Shown here piece after piece: positions 28,049 through 32,000 of a stretch of 32,000 nucleotides of DNA (positions are counted from its first letter, which is position 1; every line of letters starts with the position of its first letter). Below the pieces are notes generated by a model that was given only the letters and a program-made list of their open reading frames with translations, searched no databases and was not told the DNA's origin. Location of the stretch: NCBI RefSeq assembly GCF_000025945.1, contig NC_006138.1, positions 1,290,001 through 1,322,000 of the forward strand. The letters are read 5' to 3'. The position numbers were made by a program, and so were the translations under genes. This DNA comes from Desulfotalea psychrophila LSv54. GTDB lineage: Bacteria; Desulfobacterota; Desulfobulbia; Desulfobulbales; Desulfocapsaceae.

Positions 28049-29001
28049 TATTCGATATCTTGTTTAATCTTGGGATTGACGTATACGCACAGAATGTCCG
28101 TAAGCATGTTTATCATAATGAAAATGACGGTGATAAATATCAGAGTGGCCTGAATAACAGGATAATCTCTGTTGAGTATTGAGGTGATAGTAAGATTCCC
28201 CAGGCCGGGGATATTGAATATTTGTTCTATGACCACGGCCCCGGCAAGCATACTGGCAAAACTGTAGCCAATAACCACGATGATTGAGGGCAAAGAATTT
28301 TTCAGCGCATAATAATAGATGACTTTCCGTTCACTGATGCCAGCTGCCCGAGCCGTTCGCAGGTAATTCTGACTCATTATTTCAAGGGTTGACACCTTGG
28401 TCATTCGCGCAATCTGACCGCAATACATGATACCCAGAATCAGCCCGGGAAGCAGCAGGTCGTAAAGCGCCTTCAAGAAGCCGTACTTGGCAATGGTATG
28501 ATATCCCGCCACAGGAAACAGATGGATTTTAACCGCGAGAAGCTGGATCATGAGGATTGCGGTCCAGAAAGCCGGGACAGAAATGGAAATAAGGACTGGT
28601 AAGGCAAGCAAGTTATCAGCCAATTTCCCGTGATGCCGGGTGGAGAGGATGCCAAGAGGGATGCCAACCATAACGCTGATTAGGGTTCCGAGAATGCCCA
28701 GAATAAATGTGGGCTCTATGCGGTTTAAAATCAGTGGAAATACGGGTGCTCCCAGCGATATAGAGGTTCCGAAATTACAATGGAGGAGATGTTTTAGCCA
28801 AGCGATGAATTGTATGACCAGCGGCTGATCAAGGCCCAGATTTTTCGTCATTCTGGCTACTTGCTCAGCGGGTGCCTGATCTCCGAGCAATGTTCTGATC
28901 GGATCGCCCGGCATGATATGTATGACGAAAAAGGAAAAGACGATGACCATCACAAGTAATGGTAACGAGTGAATCGCGCGTTTTACAATGTATGTGCCCA
29001 A
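28048..29001 (-). CDS. Peptide/nickel ABC transporter permease (DppB-like)
   Basis: MGTYIVKRAIHSLPLLVMVIVFSFFVIHIMPGDPIRTLLG and NYLRTARAAGISERKVIYYYALKNSLP; stop overlaps next start (TAATG). Confidence 0.93.
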   Translation of the reverse strand: MGTYIVKRAIHSLPLLVMVIVFSFFVIHIMPGDPIRTLLGDQAPAEQVARMTKNLGLDQPLVIQFIAWLKHLLHCNFGTSISLGAPVFPLILNRIEPTFILGILGTLISVMVGIPLGILSTRHHGKLADNLLALPVLISISVPAFWTAILMIQLLAVKIHLFPVAGYHTIAKYGFLKALYDLLLPGLILGIMYCGQIARMTKVSTLEIMSQNYLRTARAAGISERKVIYYYALKNSLPSIIVVIGYSFASMLAGAVVIEQIFNIPGLGNLTITSILNRDYPVIQATLIFITVIFIMINMLTDILCVYVNPKIKQDIE

Positions 29002-29323
29002 AAAGACTCCGTTTCAAATGAACAAGGAAGTTAAAAACGACTATCTATAGCATGACCGACAGGGGGCGGCAAATCGTTTATTTGGATACAGAGCAGCTCA
29101 CCTATCGAGAAAAACTATCGAGGAAGAAAGGACCTGCTGGTAAGGGATGGATTGAAGAAAAGTTGAGCGCAAAAAAGTCTCAGCAAAACGGAGGATGTAT
29201 CGGTAGGCCGGTAACTGTGAGAAAGTAATAAAAGAAGTTGAAAGCTAGGAAATTCATTGATTTTTAAGTTACTTAAAGCAAGTCGTACTCTCGTAGAGTA
29301 TCACTTTTCTGCGGGAAGAAAAA

Positions 29324-29611
29324 TCAGTCCCTCTCTGCTCCATTCCGTCTTAGCAAACAGCCTCTCGAACAGGCATTCCTCTTGTTCAAAGCCTTGATTG
29401 CAGCCCTACCTGCTGGAACCCTGTATTCGCGGAGGCTTAATTTGCCATTGATCAACTGTTGGTAGCGATACATTGCTGTTACAGCAAGAGACCTTTGATG
29501 ATACCCTCTGCTTGCTTTCAACGCGCCTTTTCGCAGTGCTTTTACAGTGTCATTTCGTGGGTGGCCGTCTTCCCACATTCCAGCATTCTTCCGTGGTGGA
29601 TGAGCAAACAC
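29324..29611 (-). pseudogene. C-terminal remnant of an IS5-family-like transposase
   Basis: RKGALKASRGYHQRSLAVTAMYRYQQLINGKLSLREYR...KALNK resembles IS5-group transposase C-terminus; 5' part missing and downstream frame degraded. Confidence 0.55.
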
Positions 29612-29759
29612 CTTTGACTGTAATATGATAGCAAACTCTCGTGTCCTGCACCATCACCCGATATCTGCTTAATTTAACGACGAAGAGGATTTAATAACGC
29701 CTCCGCCATCCAATTACTTTTTCTTACCAATATTTCTTCCACGGAGAAGATGGCGCTGA

Positions 29760-30200
29760 TTAACCTCTCAATTGTTTTTCTAGCTCAGCTATAATTTTTT
29801 CTTTCTCTTTTATCTGGGCATATGCTTCGGCTGCTGCCTCGTAATTATCTTCTGCAGCCTGAACAGCCTCTTCCTTGGACTGTTCTGCATGGGATAGTTT
29901 CTGGATTGAGGCCTGAACGATATCATCCATTTTACTTTCGAAATCGTTTTCCAAGGCCTCCAATCTTGATGCCTTTTCATCACGGTCTTCTAACGCTGTT
30001 TTGAGCTCCTGCTCTTTTTCGACAAGAGAATCCTGAGCTTCACCTAACTCTTTTTCAAGCAAGGAGAGCTTTTGGGAAAGTTCTTCCGTCCGTGCAAAAT
30101 CTTGACTGTTACCGCCGCCTTTTTTTTGCAAGATCACCGTAGCAACACCGGCTACGATAACAGCAGCCGCATATCCACCCCACATAATCATCGTATCCAT
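29760..30200 (-). CDS. Membrane-anchored coiled-coil protein, hypothetical
   Basis: N-terminal TM WGGYAAAVIVAGVATVILQ followed by a long Glu/Lys/Leu-rich coiled coil. Confidence 0.6.
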   Translation of the reverse strand: MDTMIMWGGYAAAVIVAGVATVILQKKGGGNSQDFARTEELSQKLSLLEKELGEAQDSLVEKEQELKTALEDRDEKASRLEALENDFESKMDDIVQASIQKLSHAEQSKEEAVQAAEDNYEAAAEAYAQIKEKEKIIAELEKQLRG

Positions 30201-30324
30201 CGATCACTCCTGTATAGAAAATTTAGGTTTACATCATTCTATGCCCTTGGCAGTGCTCATATTTTCAATATAAAGCCTATCTCTTTGCGATCATACACAC
30301 AATGTTTTCAACGATTGTTTTTAT

Positions 30325-30392
30325 TTTTTTACGTCACTCTTTTAGTTGAGTCTAAATAACAATAGACACAAACAAAAGAGTGACGTAAAAAA
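30325..30392. repeat. 19-bp perfect inverted repeat, 30-nt spacer
   Basis: TTTTTTACGTCACTCTTTT (30325-30343) / AAAAGAGTGACGTAAAAAA (30374-30392). Confidence 0.85.
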
Positions 30393-30428
30393 TTATAGAA
30401 TCAGTAATCTTAAGGTAAGGAGACCCAA

Positions 30429-30596
30429 ATGAAAATTTTAGGTATATCAGGCAGTCCGGGAAAAGAAGAACAATCAGGAACCCATGCATTGGTTGAAACC
30501 GTATTTATACTACAGTCAAGGCTGAGTTCATGTAATAAGTGCAACAGACTAAAATTTGCATGTAGACCCCTCCTTCTTTTTTATCATATTTTTTAA
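30429..30596 (+). pseudogene. Truncated 5' end of a flavodoxin-fold / NADPH-dependent FMN reductase-like gene
   Basis: GGAGACCCAAATG start; MKILGISGSPGKEEQSGTHALVETV; homology-like sequence ends by about 30520, then reads into the 25-bp IS-end-like repeat. Confidence 0.55.
30534..30558. repeat. 25-bp repeat, copy 2 (IS-end-like)
   Basis: AATAAGTGCAACAGACTAAAATTTG, identical to 19879-19903. Confidence 0.8.
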
Positions 30597-31002
30597 GCCT
30601 TTGTCTAACCATGTGAACCTCCTGTTACTTGTATAAAAACGAGTTAATATGGACGCCACAATATCGGGGGAGGATCAAGACCATCGAAATGCATTCGGTG
30701 CAGCCTATTAAATTCCACCAAGTTCAAGTGAGTGTGGATGACCCGCTCCGTTTATAACTATTAGAAACAGTAACAGAAGCCTGTTTTTAAGGGCTGTCTA
30801 ACAGTGTATTCGCGCCCTGTCTGCGACCAGATAAAAGATTCTATCTTAAAAAAGTAAATTTGAAATTTGGTTTGTTTTGTATAGTACAAGTGATAGCATT
30901 AATCTGTATGTTTAATTGATTAAAAAACATCCAATTATAAGGCAATATTTTGGGATTTTTCATGTATTGCATTGTTAGAAAAATTGATTGCTAAGGGAAT
31001 TA

Positions 31003-32000
31003 ATGGTAAAGAAAAAAACAGTTAGTTTTCTCGTGACCACAGCAGTGGCCGGACTATTAATGAGTACATCAGCGAACGCCTGTACCAGCTTACGTCTCGT
31101 GGCTGGAGATGGTGGCGTAGTTGTTGGACGAACAATGGAGTTTGAAGTTGATATGAAATCCAATGTTCTCGTGATTCCGGCTGGTACCGAGATGACGAGT
31201 TCTCTGGCTGATAAGTCCCAAGGCATGAAATATAAAACTAAATATGGAATGATTGGTGCCAATGGTTTCGACCTGCCTATTATAGCGGACGGGATCAATG
31301 ACCAAGGCCTTTATGTCGGCACTCTTCTTCTTCCAGGTTATGCGAGTTATCCTGATGTTGACTCCAAGAATGCATCACGAGCTCTGGCCTCGGAAGACTA
31401 TGGGGCTTGGCTGCTTGCTAACTTTGCTAACGTCGAGGAAGTCAGGGCCAATTTCAACAAAGCCGTTATCGTGAGCCATCCTCTAAAGCCACTTGCTGGC
31501 CAAAGCTTCCCCTTTCATTATGTCGTGCATGATAGCACCGGTGCTGCCGTAGTGATCGAACCCGTTAACAAGGAGATCAAAATCTACGAAGACCCCATTG
31601 GCGTCCTAACAAATTCCCCTCCCTTTGATTGGCAAGTTACCAACCTGAGTAACTACGTTAATTTGAACGTAAACAATGTGCCACCTGTTGACTTGAGTGG
31701 GCTGAAGATTACAAATTACGGACAGGGTAGTGGTATGCACGGTCTTCCAGGAGATTTTACTCCACCGTCCAGATTTGTACGCGCTGTTGTATTTTCTGAG
31801 ACTGCCGTAAAGCTCCCTACAACAGAAAAAACCGTACCTCAAGTATTTCATATTATGAACATGTTTGATATTCCGGTAGGCGCAATGCGTGAAGTCTTAG
31901 GGAAAAAAGTAGTACATGACTACACCAACTGGACCAGTGTTTCTGATCTGAAGCATCTTACATGGGCGTATAAAACATACGATGATCAGTCAATTCGAAG
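31003..32000 (+). CDS. Choloylglycine hydrolase / penicillin V acylase family Ntn-hydrolase, exported (3' end outside window)
   Basis: Signal peptide TTAVAGLLMSTSANA followed by nucleophile Cys (CTSLRLVAGDGGVVVGRTMEF); GINDQGLYVG; IEPVNKEIKIYEDPIGVLTNSPPFDWQVTNL; frame open to window end and missing from ORF track. Confidence 0.88.
   Translation, partial: MVKKKTVSFLVTTAVAGLLMSTSANACTSLRLVAGDGGVVVGRTMEFEVDMKSNVLVIPAGTEMTSSLADKSQGMKYKTKYGMIGANGFDLPIIADGINDQGLYVGTLLLPGYASYPDVDSKNASRALASEDYGAWLLANFANVEEVRANFNKAVIVSHPLKPLAGQSFPFHYVVHDSTGAAVVIEPVNKEIKIYEDPIGVLTNSPPFDWQVTNLSNYVNLNVNNVPPVDLSGLKITNYGQGSGMHGLPGDFTPPSRFVRAVVFSETAVKLPTTEKTVPQVFHIMNMFDIPVGAMREVLGKKVVHDYTNWTSVSDLKHLTWAYKTYDDQSIR

Overview
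Two domains. Bases 1-15200 are a compact housekeeping region: pyrH(partial)-frr-uppS-cdsA-dxr-rseP-tsaB-ispG-proS-relA/spoT-like-Smr-FKBP, then lptF/G-like and crcB on the minus strand, then a DHH phosphoesterase. Gene content and order fit a Desulfobulbales-type (Desulfotalea-like) deltaproteobacterial chromosome; that assignment is inference. A complete tRNA-Arg(CCT) lies at 15273-15349. Its 3' end plus its rho-independent terminator are duplicated at about 22289-22363. Together the two copies delimit a ~7 kb integrative-island-like segment with no recognisable integrase. The segment carries an ApeA-like HEPN protein, a small Cys-motif protein that immediately follows an attC-like structured repeat, a two-gene SLATT-like operon whose first gene (56 aa) is absent from the ORF track, a Zn-ribbon ORF, an intact Fic protein and a decayed C-terminal fragment of a second fic copy. 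Bases 22364-30600 hold a minus-strand oligopeptide/nickel-type ABC transporter with a permease-ATPase fusion and a terminal DUF169-like gene, followed by IS debris and a truncated flavodoxin-like gene. The window ends in a secreted choloylglycine-hydrolase-family gene (31003->end), also absent from the ORF track. The best candidates for something undescribed are the tRNA-bounded putative defence island, its attC-like cassette structure, and the 56-aa + SLATT gene pair.
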